A stretch of DNA of 61,347 nt from a virus (Duplodnaviria > Caudoviricetes), in IMG/VR virus record IMGVR_UViG_3300021519_000010, positions 1 to 61,347 of that record. One strand, 5' to 3'. The stretch's first letter is position 1, and each line of letters opens with the position of its first letter. This document shows, piece by piece, positions 47,684 through 56,179 of this stretch. A model generated the notes under the pieces. That model was not told where the DNA came from. It did no database searches and was given only the letters and a program-made list of their open reading frames with translations. A program made the position numbers and the translations under genes.

Positions 47684-48423
47684 TGCCCGCCACACTACCA
47701 CTCCCTTTTGTTCCTTCATTTATTGGCTCAAGCCGCCAGTACATGCATCGGATGTCCGCTTTTGTAGAAGCCGTCCCCGACATCTTCAACCGTGTCAAAG
47801 TGCTTGGTCTTGAGAGGTCGTACACTGGACTGCGCGATTTGCGTTTTATCGAGAAGCTGGAGCGTGGTAGCAGCTGCCCAGTCTGGTTGGACAAGGCGCA
47901 CGACATCTTGAATGTGTACCCAATGGCCTTCCAGGCCGGAGCACGCCTTGATCTGCAGCTGTACGCGGCCCTCGGTACGCGGTACTGGTTCCAGGCCGTC
48001 CCGTCTGGTCGGCAGGGTGCATGGGTGAACAAGCTCATTTACCCGGATCGCGCAGTCATCGAGCGGCTGGCTGCCATGCTCAAGCTCGGCACCGACTACC
48101 ACAAGGCGCTGGAGAGCTTCCACCTTGCTAGCGAGCGCCTGCAGGTGATTCATGTGCTGAACGCGTTAATCGCCAACCATGTCTCATCCAACACGGCGAA
48201 GACCGTCAACCTCGACGAATACCCGCCGACGCGTGAGTTCTGTGGTGCCCGCCGTCCGTACTCGCTCAAACCGCTACTGAGCGTGTACACTGGCCCCGGC
48301 CTCGCGCATTACGAGACGGCGTTCGCACAATACTGCTCGCACAATGGTAAGATTCCAGCCAGCGAACCGTCGACCGAGTCAGCACTGGCCGCTTTGTTCG
48401 ACTTCGTCACATTCGGCAAGTAG
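47683..48423 (+). CDS. Hypothetical protein
   Basis: 246-aa ORF. Confidence 0.6.
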   Translation: MPATLPLPFVPSFIGSSRQYMHRMSAFVEAVPDIFNRVKVLGLERSYTGLRDLRFIEKLERGSSCPVWLDKAHDILNVYPMAFQAGARLDLQLYAALGTRYWFQAVPSGRQGAWVNKLIYPDRAVIERLAAMLKLGTDYHKALESFHLASERLQVIHVLNALIANHVSSNTAKTVNLDEYPPTREFCGARRPYSLKPLLSVYTGPGLAHYETAFAQYCSHNGKIPASEPSTESALAALFDFVTFGK

Positions 48424-48430
48424 TATTCTT

Positions 48431-49177
48431 ATGCAACTAATGACACCTGCAGCATTCCACGCACTCATTGAGGCAGTAGCCAGCAAGCAAGTTATGCTTG
48501 ATCACGATCAGGAACATCGTGACAGCACCAGTCAGGTGTACAGAGACGCTGTGGCAGCAACGGAGGCTGGCATTCCGAGTTACCTGCAAATGCACGGAGA
48601 ATTTAAGAACCCGTCTGGCGCGCAGTGTTACTACGGGGACACGCCGATCCGGTTGTGCAACATTGCGCGATGGGCAACAAATAACCGGTTTGGTGTGATG
48701 GCGGATGGACGTGTTATTGTCGTACATCCACCAGGGTTAAGCTCTGTGCCATTTACCGGCCCAACAGTGTGGGGGTGGGACATTGAGAAGTTGGTTGATG
48801 AGGCCAAGGCCAAAGCGTTTGACCCAGACCAATGGCTTAGCGCACAAGAAGCAGAGGCGAGTGCTGCTTCAAGTGAGCGATCTAAAAAGGCTGCGAAGTT
48901 AAAGCAGCATGGGCCGTCAATAAATAAGTCGCCGCATTGGTTCAACAAAACGTTGCTTACAACATCTGCTCCGTTAGACGGCGAGGATGATGCCGAGTAC
49001 TACGATAAGGTTTCTCCGTTCTTCATGATTGTCAATGACCACGGCGAGGTACCTCCTGAAGTCGACAATGATGAGGACAATATGTTCCAAACTGCCAAAG
49101 CTGCGGTCGAATACGCTATGGCGCACGTACCATCTGCTGATGAGGTGATTCGAGTTGTTCGCATGCGCACTGACTAA
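48431..49177 (+). CDS. Leader-tagged hypothetical protein
   Basis: MTPAAFHALIE|A at 48440. Confidence 0.65.
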   Translation: MQLMTPAAFHALIEAVASKQVMLDHDQEHRDSTSQVYRDAVAATEAGIPSYLQMHGEFKNPSGAQCYYGDTPIRLCNIARWATNNRFGVMADGRVIVVHPPGLSSVPFTGPTVWGWDIEKLVDEAKAKAFDPDQWLSAQEAEASAASSERSKKAAKLKQHGPSINKSPHWFNKTLLTTSAPLDGEDDAEYYDKVSPFFMIVNDHGEVPPEVDNDEDNMFQTAKAAVEYAMAHVPSADEVIRVVRMRTD

Positions 49178-49182
49178 GTTAT

Positions 49183-49416
49183 ATGACACCCAAAGCATTT
49201 CACGCACTCATTGAGAACCCGGATGACCTGCTCGAGTTGATCGAGTTGGCCAAGGGTGTGCAGGAGCGCAATGATCCAGCGGAAATTGCGTCATTTCTTG
49301 AGCACAACCGCGCCGGGTCGATACAGGAGTATATCGCCATGTTGGATCAAAGGCGGACCGCCGCCCAGCGATCGGTAGCGCTGGATCGGGCGGCACTCGG
49401 TGGCGATACCTACTAG
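49183..49416 (+). CDS. Leader-tagged small protein
   Basis: MTPKAFHALIE|N; leader DNA near-identical to 48440. Confidence 0.65.
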   Translation: MTPKAFHALIENPDDLLELIELAKGVQERNDPAEIASFLEHNRAGSIQEYIAMLDQRRTAAQRSVALDRAALGGDTY

Positions 49417-49421
49417 CCCTT

Positions 49422-49787
49422 ATGCACCAGATCGCCCGCCCGCTGATTGACCCACGGCACCAGCTTATTCGGTTCGTGCAGGGTCGTCCGCAGCTGCGCC
49501 TTCCGAACCCCGGCCCGCGCGTGGCCGCTGACACCATTGATGTTCCGGAGATGCATGTGTTGCTGGAGCGTATCGGAGCCGGAACGGCAGCCATCCGCAT
49601 CGTTTACCCAGACAAGCAGTCCGAGCGTCTTACCTGCGACCGTAACATCCAGCTTGAACTAACGCGTCGTGGCCTGCCTCCGGAGAAAATCGAACGTGCT
49701 CTCGATTACACTTGGAACTTTGACCGGGTGCTGGTCGCATGCGACCGAGAACCAGCTCCGTTAGCCCTCCGAGTGGACTCAATCTGA
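49422..49787 (+). CDS. Hypothetical protein
   Basis: ORF. Confidence 0.55.
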   Translation: MHQIARPLIDPRHQLIRFVQGRPQLRLPNPGPRVAADTIDVPEMHVLLERIGAGTAAIRIVYPDKQSERLTCDRNIQLELTRRGLPPEKIERALDYTWNFDRVLVACDREPAPLALRVDSI

Positions 49788-49804
49788 CGGGGTTGAATTA
49801 AGAG

Positions 49805-49845
49805 TCGGATTGAGATCGGATTGAAATCGGATTGAGATCGGATTG
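49805..49845. repeat. 11-bp tandem repeat (TCGGATTGARA) x3.7, intergenic
   Basis: Seen directly upstream of the protease gene. Confidence 0.85.
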
Positions 49846-49936
49846 CGGTTGGTAACGAGGTACGATTGAAGACAAGCCGTTAGGTTCAACTTGTATCTTT
49901 GGGAAGGTGCAATCATGAGAGCCGTAATTCTCCTGT

Positions 49937-51646
49937 ATGCCTTCTCTGCCTTTTCGCCCTCTTTTTGAGACCATGGAGTTCCGTCCGGTCGGAAAGCCCG
50001 TGTTGGTGGAGGATGCGTCCACGCCCGGACGTCAGGTGACCCGGCAGAGCGGCACATTCCAGAACTTCTTGAAGCAGAACGCTAACAAGCGCACCTATCC
50101 CAAGGGAATCTGGGAAGGTCTGTTCAAGGACGGCAGCGACTTCATGAACCGGATTAAGAACCGGGCGATGATCGGTCTTCTGGAGCATCCGGAAGACGGC
50201 GTAACGCGATTGGATCGCATTCCGAGCCACCTCATTGTCGAGGTTCATTTCGCAACCCCGCAGGAGATCAATGAAACTCGCAACGATAAGCACCCAATTG
50301 ATGAGGGTGACATTGTTGGTACGCTCGAAGTTCTCGGCACCTCTACTGGCAAGGAACTGCTGGCACTGATCGAGGCCGGTGTGCTTTTCGGCGTTTCCAG
50401 CCGTGGCGGCGGATCGCTCCGCGAGGATGGTGATGGTTACATCGTCGAAAACGATTTTGAATGCGAGACCTGGGACGTTGTGGCGGTCCCGTCCGTGACC
50501 CGTGCCACGCCGCATGTGACCACCCGCACCACCGAGGCGGCTCCCGCGTCGGCCAAGCCGGTTGTGGTGGAGGCCTCGCCCCATCAGCCGCTACCCGCAC
50601 CGGCAGTCGTACCTGTACCGGCCCCCGCCGCAGCACCAGTTTCCGCTTCTCCGACTCCAAAACTCACTGAATCCACAAAACCATCCATGAAGACCATCCG
50701 CGATCTCCAAATCGAACTCACGCAACTCCGGGCGACTCCCCTCAAGGGGCTGAAGCCCACTGACCGCGCCAACATCATCGAGGCCGTCCTCCAGATGCAG
50801 GTGAACCTCGGCAAAATCCTCGTTGAGGACGCCTCACAGAAGCCCCTGGCGGACCGCCTCGGCAAGCACCTCAATGAATTCATGGACGATCTCGACGAGC
50901 CCGAAACGGTCGACGCGACTCCGGCAGCTCCTGCGGCTGGTGAAGGCGATGAAGAGGGTGGCGAAGGAAATGAAACGATTCAGGCGGCTGCCGACAAGCT
51001 CCGCGAACTCGCTCCGGAAGATGAGGCAGTCACCGAGCTGGCCGACGAGCTCGAAGCCCTCTCCGACGAGTGCGCCCCGGTGGACGATGACTCCGCCCCG
51101 GTCGAAGGTGAACCGGTCTCCGAGACCATCAAGCGCCTTCGCAAGAAGCTCGCCACTGAGTCCGCGAAGCGTACCCGCGTCGAGTCCACTCTCAGCAAGC
51201 TCAGCAAGGCCTCCGCGAAGCTCGTCGAGCGCCACAATGCGGTGCTCGCCCGCGTCAAGACCCTCGAGGAATCGGGTGGCAAGGACGGCGAGGCCATGAA
51301 GGCAGCTCGCGAACTCGCCACGCGTTACAACCGCGACATGATCGAATTCGCCAGCCTGCAGCTGCAGCGCACTCGCCCGGCACTGGCCGAAGCCAACGCC
51401 CCGGCCCTCAATGCCTGCAAGACGTGGAATGCGTACAGCGCGCTGGTCGAGCGCCTCATCAAGGCCGAGCCCAAGAAGGTCCGCAAGGTCCGCAAACCTT
51501 TCACTGAGGCGGCTCCGGCTCCCGGCACCAAGCCGAAGTATGAGTCGCGGTTCATTCGCGCGGCTGTCAAGCCCGCGCTGACCGAAGCCGTGGCCAACCA
51601 TCCGTCACTCCGCATGGCTACCCGCCACCGCCCGGTCGCGGCCTAA
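49937..51646 (+). CDS. Prohead protease (T4 gp21-like) fused to a scaffold/core-like C-terminal region
   Basis: N.N.R.Y, LEHP, GVSSRGGGS, WDVVAVPS; acidic coiled-coil tail with many TE|A sites; precedes the MCP gene. Confidence 0.9.
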   Translation: MPSLPFRPLFETMEFRPVGKPVLVEDASTPGRQVTRQSGTFQNFLKQNANKRTYPKGIWEGLFKDGSDFMNRIKNRAMIGLLEHPEDGVTRLDRIPSHLIVEVHFATPQEINETRNDKHPIDEGDIVGTLEVLGTSTGKELLALIEAGVLFGVSSRGGGSLREDGDGYIVENDFECETWDVVAVPSVTRATPHVTTRTTEAAPASAKPVVVEASPHQPLPAPAVVPVPAPAAAPVSASPTPKLTESTKPSMKTIRDLQIELTQLRATPLKGLKPTDRANIIEAVLQMQVNLGKILVEDASQKPLADRLGKHLNEFMDDLDEPETVDATPAAPAAGEGDEEGGEGNETIQAAADKLRELAPEDEAVTELADELEALSDECAPVDDDSAPVEGEPVSETIKRLRKKLATESAKRTRVESTLSKLSKASAKLVERHNAVLARVKTLEESGGKDGEAMKAARELATRYNRDMIEFASLQLQRTRPALAEANAPALNACKTWNAYSALVERLIKAEPKKVRKVRKPFTEAAPAPGTKPKYESRFIRAAVKPALTEAVANHPSLRMATRHRPVAA

Positions 51647-51704
51647 TCCACGAATCAGTCACACGAATCACCACAGAAACAACTCACTCACACAAACCAC
51701 CACG

Positions 51705-53150
51705 ATGAAAATCAACTCGCAACAGCTCGCCGAGACCTACATCCGGGGCCACCGCCTCGCTGAAGCAGGAATGGGCATCACCTCCAAACAATCTCTTACC
51801 GAAGCCAAGGGCTGGAAGGAGATGGTGGAGTCAATCCGGGACCCGCAGAAGCGCGCCTTCACCGCCATCATGCTCGAAAACTACCGGAAGTACCGTTCCG
51901 GCCTCGATGAGGCAACCTCGACGCTCCAGATCGGCAACTACGACAAGTGGGCGTTCCCGATGATTTCCATCGTGTCGGAGAACCTCATCGCCCAGGACCT
52001 CGTCTCGGTGCAGCCGCTCGAAGGCCCCAACGGCACGGTGTTCTTCATGAACTTCAACGCCGGTCAGACCAAGGGCAACGTTGCTCGTGGCTCGAAGATC
52101 TGGGATGCGCGCACCGGCCACGCCGACCGCTACCTTGACTCCTCGGATCGCGTCGAGTCTGAGACCATCGCGATGAACAATGGTGCGATTACGGACGGCA
52201 CCTCCCTCACCTACGGTCCGGTTCAGCCCGGCACGGTGACGGTGACCCCGGCAAGCACCGGACCGCTCAAGGATGACGGCGCGGGAGCCATTGTGGACTC
52301 CGCCGGTACGCAGGTTGGTACCATTGACTACTCCACCGGCGCATTCAGCTCGTTCCAGACCGTGGACATTGGCCCCGGTGCAGTGGCGAGCGATGACTCG
52401 GCGACCGTCAGCTACAACTACAACTCGGAAATGAATCCCGAGGCGCAGCAGATCGACATCGAAATCCAGTCGAGCCCGATCTACGCCGAGGAGCGCAAGC
52501 TCCGGGCGCGCTGGTCCACGGAGGCGGCAAACGCCCTCCAGGCCCTGCACGAGATCAACGCTGAAGACATGGTGTCCACCGCGATCACCAACCACCTCCA
52601 GTGGGAAATCGACCGCGAGATCATCGAAGACCTCCGCCGGTCCGCTGGTGCAGGCCTCGTCCGCTGGTCCGCTGCCATCCCGGCGGCGTCGTACATCAGC
52701 TACACCGAGCACAAGCTGAGCTTCGTGGACGCGCTGGTTTATGGCAGCAACTACATCTACCGTGCGACCAACCGCGTCAAGGCGAACTGGTTCCTCGGCG
52801 GCATTCAGGCGACGAACGTCCTCGAGACGCTTCCGAGCTTCGAGCCCGCCGCAGCTGGTGAGACCGAGACCGAAGGCGTCTCGCACCTCGGCAGCATCGG
52901 TCGCATGAAGTGCTACGCCGACCCGCATTACCGTACCGATGAAGGCCTCATGGGCTACAAGGGCCGGGACTTCGTCCGCGCAGGCTACATCTTCGCACCG
53001 TGGATTCTGCTCTACAGCACCATGCTGATCACCCTCGACGACTTCGTCAGCCGTAAAGGCTTCGCTTCGCAATATGGCAAAAAGATGATAAACAACAAGT
53101 TCTACTCGAAGCTGAAGCTCAGCGGCTTCTCGAGTTCCTTCGGCGGCTAA
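51705..53150 (+). CDS. Major capsid protein (T4 gp23-like)
   Basis: LVSVQPLEGP.G.VF, RKLRARWS.E, EIDREII, GYKG, GYIFAP. Confidence 0.95.
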   Translation: MKINSQQLAETYIRGHRLAEAGMGITSKQSLTEAKGWKEMVESIRDPQKRAFTAIMLENYRKYRSGLDEATSTLQIGNYDKWAFPMISIVSENLIAQDLVSVQPLEGPNGTVFFMNFNAGQTKGNVARGSKIWDARTGHADRYLDSSDRVESETIAMNNGAITDGTSLTYGPVQPGTVTVTPASTGPLKDDGAGAIVDSAGTQVGTIDYSTGAFSSFQTVDIGPGAVASDDSATVSYNYNSEMNPEAQQIDIEIQSSPIYAEERKLRARWSTEAANALQALHEINAEDMVSTAITNHLQWEIDREIIEDLRRSAGAGLVRWSAAIPAASYISYTEHKLSFVDALVYGSNYIYRATNRVKANWFLGGIQATNVLETLPSFEPAAAGETETEGVSHLGSIGRMKCYADPHYRTDEGLMGYKGRDFVRAGYIFAPWILLYSTMLITLDDFVSRKGFASQYGKKMINNKFYSKLKLSGFSSSFGG

Positions 53151-53185
53151 GCGCTGGTCACTAGTCAATTCTGACATCACAACAA

Positions 53186-53225
53186 CGATGGCGTTCCGGG
53201 TAACTGGGACGCCATCGCTTTATTT
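53186..53225 (+). terminator. Intrinsic terminator after MCP
   Basis: CGATGGCGTTCC..GGGACGCCATCG followed by CTTTATTT. Confidence 0.75.
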
Positions 53226-53253
53226 ACGTTCTTTTGGTTTCGCAACTACTGTC

Positions 53254-54033
53254 GTGCCACATAAAGATCGCGCCACCAAGCTCCAATACCTGAAGGACTA
53301 TCGTGCAGGACTGCGCCTAAAAGGACTGCCGACTGGTGGACGCGGTACGAAGTACACGCCGGAACCTGAGCAGCACGCGGCGAATAGTCGAGCATGGTTA
53401 AAGAAGCTGTACGCCGATCCGGAGCGCCATAAGGCTTTCCGTACCAAGCAAAAGAAACACTACCACAAGCACAAGGTTAAGCTGTCCGCGAAGTCACGGG
53501 CCAAGCGACAGGCTCTTAAGCTTCTGGTGATAACCCATTATGGCGGCAAGTGCGCCCACTGTCCCGAGACGGAACTAGAATTCCTGACGCTGGACCATGT
53601 AGCGGATGACGGCAACGCTCACCGCGCTGAGCTGGGTAAGAAGTGCATCTACCGTTTCGCTCGAGATGCAGGGTTTCCTCCACGCTTCCAGTGCCTGTGC
53701 TTCAATTGCAACTTCAAGAAGTCTCGTGGTGCTCCCGGCACATCCGTCTCCGCACGGAGCCTAGTTGCTCTGCGCCTGACCGTGCTGACAGCCTATGGAG
53801 CCGCCTGTACGTGCTGTGGCGAGGACGAGGAGGTCAAGCTGGCGCTGGACCATGTAGATGGTGGAGGCCGGGAGCACCGGGGAGGCAGCATTCGTGGAGC
53901 TGCTTACCGCGATGCCCGTGATCGTGGTTATCCGCCGGATTACCAGATCCTCTGTCACAACTGCAATGCTTCCAAGGCCTTCGGCGGCACCTGCGTCCAT
54001 CAGCGGGGGTTGGCAGGGTTGGCAGGTTCATAA
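53254..54033 (+). CDS. Tandem double HNH (EndoVII-like) endonuclease
   Basis: Two YG..CxxC..L.LDHV...QxLCxNCN units; start uncertain. Confidence 0.8.
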   Translation: MPHKDRATKLQYLKDYRAGLRLKGLPTGGRGTKYTPEPEQHAANSRAWLKKLYADPERHKAFRTKQKKHYHKHKVKLSAKSRAKRQALKLLVITHYGGKCAHCPETELEFLTLDHVADDGNAHRAELGKKCIYRFARDAGFPPRFQCLCFNCNFKKSRGAPGTSVSARSLVALRLTVLTAYGAACTCCGEDEEVKLALDHVDGGGREHRGGSIRGAAYRDARDRGYPPDYQILCHNCNASKAFGGTCVHQRGLAGLAGS

Positions 54034-54035
54034 GA

Positions 54036-54236
54036 TTACTCTTCGCGGGTGAACCCGTTCTGCCCGCTGGCACTGGCTTTGGCGCAGATGACGCTGGGGT
54101 CGTTGATCCTCTTTGGGCCATGCTTCTCAACGCACCGGACGCAATACAGCGTGTCAGGCAGCGCCTCGACGCGCTCCGCCGGAATTTCAGAGGAGCAGAT
54201 GGTGCAAAGGCGTCCGAGCTTGGTGGTAAGTGTCAT
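54036..54236 (-). CDS. TraR/DksA C4 zinc-finger protein
   Basis: CTIC..EIPAERVEALP....CVRC. Confidence 0.85.
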   Translation of the reverse strand: MTLTTKLGRLCTICSSEIPAERVEALPDTLYCVRCVEKHGPKRINDPSVICAKASASGQNGFTREE

Positions 54237-54242
54237 GAGTGG

Positions 54243-54271
54243 AGCTTAGCAGACCGTCGTGCGCCTGTCAA
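54243..54271 (-). promoter_or_regulatory. Early promoter, leaderless
   Basis: TTGACA-17-TAAGCT-6-ATG(54236). Confidence 0.85.
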
Positions 54272-54695
54272 GTAATCCTGCCTCCAGCTCTTCGATGCTG
54301 ATGCGGGTCCACCCGCCCAGAATTCCCCAGACACCAGATCGCTGTATCGTGCGGAGCAGAAATTCCGTGGTGAACGCGGCTCCGAAGTAACAATCCATAC
54401 CCCTACCGTCCTTGAGCGTAGGATCAATAACCACGCCGGAGTCATCGATGCACCAGGCGTGTTCAATCGGAATGGAACCCATCAGGCGAACGTACCCCTC
54501 CACGTAAGTCATCTCCGGATTGGCAATGGCCAAATTCCCGGCGTTCATGAAACATAACTTGGGCGTGCCGCGTGGGCCGGAGTAAGTGTGTCGACCGGTT
54601 CGGAAGCCCCGTCCTCGGCGCAGAAGAAACCGAGCGCGGTCAGCCATCGGCCCGGACATCTTAGATATGGTCCCGAGGTATTGGCGGGGCGTCAT
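54246..54695 (-). CDS. Transglutaminase/papain-like Cys-His-Asp protein
   Basis: CFMNA..YVEGY..IEHAW..VIDPT. Confidence 0.6.
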   Translation of the reverse strand: MTPRQYLGTISKMSGPMADRARFLLRRGRGFRTGRHTYSGPRGTPKLCFMNAGNLAIANPEMTYVEGYVRLMGSIPIEHAWCIDDSGVVIDPTLKDGRGMDCYFGAAFTTEFLLRTIQRSGVWGILGGWTRISIEELEAGLLDRRTTVC

Positions 54696-54913
54696 GACTT
54701 GGCTGCTTCCTCGGCTCGTAGAGTGCTCGTGGGTCGCAGACAACATTTCTTGGCTTTCCTGCCACTTCGACATGGACATGGGTCGTTGCGCTCCACAACC
54801 TTGGGCCACGGATAAACCGGGCGAACTGGGGTTTGATGCCTATGAATGATCTGCAGTATGGCAGCCGCCTCCGGCTCCAGTGCTTCAAACGGTGGAGGAG
54901 TCTCCGGGTTCAC
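54692..54913 (-). CDS. SEC-C motif protein
   Basis: RNDPCPCRSGRKAKKCC. Confidence 0.75.
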   Translation of the reverse strand: MNPETPPPFEALEPEAAAILQIIHRHQTPVRPVYPWPKVVERNDPCPCRSGRKAKKCCLRPTSTLRAEEAAKS

Positions 54914-55068
54914 TTGAGCTCCTCGGTAAACGTTTGAACTATCTTAAGCTTCCGACCGTCTGGTGTGATCTTTTGTAAACCGTGCTTGGTTAAGCGTTTT
55001 GCCGCAGCCAGCGAGTCAGCGTTGACGGATTCGGCGACGCCGTCGTTCCAGAAGAAGGTGAATTTCAT
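54910..55068 (-). CDS. 52-aa early protein (not in ORF track)
   Basis: MKFTFFWNDG...; ATG 6 nt after a promoter; stop overlaps the next GTG. Confidence 0.65.
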   Translation of the reverse strand: MKFTFFWNDGVAESVNADSLAAAKRLTKHGLQKITPDGRKLKIVQTFTEELK

Positions 55069-55074
55069 GCATGT

Positions 55075-55103
55075 ACAGTAGCAGCAGACCGGACGTTTGT
55101 CAA
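55075..55103 (-). promoter_or_regulatory. Early promoter, leaderless
   Basis: TTGACA-17-TACTGT-6-ATG(55068). Confidence 0.85.
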
Positions 55104-55251
55104 GTTACGCCGATGTTCGCTGAATTGTGCGGGCGGGCCGCTTACTACACCGCCAGTCCAGCTTTGAGCCGCTTAATCGTTTTTCTCGATCTGTCTTGCG
55201 GCTGGCACTCGCACAATTCAAAGAACATCAACCCCTCGAGCAAGAATCGAG

Positions 55252-55722
55252 TTACCAGCTTTCGACTATTTTCTTGATGAATGCAGCGTCCAGCCCGGCC
55301 AGTATCTGGCAGGTTATACGAATGGTGGTGGATGATACGAGGATGCTCGGCTTGTGCATAATCTTCCAGTGTATGAAACGCGGCTTAGCCTCCAGCCCGG
55401 TCATAAGCGCAGTTGGTGTCTGTCGGTTTGGCAGTATTACCACCGTCTGCCCGTCTCTATGGATAGAGAATGCAGCGCTACCATTTTCTGAGCCAGATCT
55501 TGGCGCAATCTGACAGTGGTTGAGGAGCTTGGCGCTTGGGAACATACCGTCCATCATTCCCCATACCGGTTCGGGGATGGCAGCGCGTTCTGCCTTGGTC
55601 ATTCCGGCGAGCGTGTTTTGTACGGCGGACTGCATACGATCCATGCTGAGATCCGAGGTAAGTTCAAGGCCAAGTGCAGCTCCGATTAGTGATAGGTCAA
55701 CGGCGGTGAAGGAGTCAGTCAT
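55252..55722 (-). CDS. Hypothetical protein
   Basis: ORF, start MTDSF. Confidence 0.5.
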   Translation of the reverse strand: MTDSFTAVDLSLIGAALGLELTSDLSMDRMQSAVQNTLAGMTKAERAAIPEPVWGMMDGMFPSAKLLNHCQIAPRSGSENGSAAFSIHRDGQTVVILPNRQTPTALMTGLEAKPRFIHWKIMHKPSILVSSTTIRITCQILAGLDAAFIKKIVESW

Positions 55723-56179
55723 GGATAAGGGTGGTGGCGCTGCGTCGAATTTGTGTGGAAAGGTAAGTATAAGCCGATGGTGCCTGCCGCCATGAGACCA
55801 CCCACGCGGCAATGCACCCACCCAGCCTCTTCCGCACCATTGGTGGCTGCAGTCCGAGCTGGGTGGAAATGACATCCATGAGCGGGTGAACGGCAGCCTC
55901 AATGCGCCGCAAAACCTTCGGATCGCGCGAGTTTTGGTAACGTATACAGTCCTTGCCAACGGCTATGGTATCAAAAGCCATGGTAGCGGGTGCGGGTTGC
56001 CGGATTTGCGATGAATGTTGAACGAACCCGTGCTTGCTGTCCCTGCATGTGCAGTGCCATGCCCACCCTGCCATACCACTTGACCATGAAGGCTTGCATC
56101 CGTCTTTTATAGCATTTTGAACTGCGGCATACCTCTTGGTTCGCGCCATGGTCTGTGCCATTGTTTCCCTCTTTTTCAT
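55715..56179 (-). CDS. Hypothetical protein
   Basis: ORF coupled to neighbours. Confidence 0.5.
   Translation of the reverse strand: MKKRETMAQTMARTKRYAAVQNAIKDGCKPSWSSGMAGWAWHCTCRDSKHGFVQHSSQIRQPAPATMAFDTIAVGKDCIRYQNSRDPKVLRRIEAAVHPLMDVISTQLGLQPPMVRKRLGGCIAAWVVSWRQAPSAYTYLSTQIRRSATTLIHD

Noticed and set aside
282-49215. Leader as a Sec/Tat signal or pilin-type peptide
   Set aside because: Too short, no long hydrophobic core or twin-Arg consensus, also found internally, and ends in the Glu pattern shared with the MCP and scaffold.
49805-49845. CRISPR array
   Set aside because: Contiguous 11-mers without spacers; no repeat-spacer array or cas gene seen in the window.
51831-53180. Long antisense ORFs (also 31365-32357, 4125-5024, 41481-42362, 50834-51601)
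   Set aside because: Shadows of strongly biased GC-rich genes on the opposite strand.
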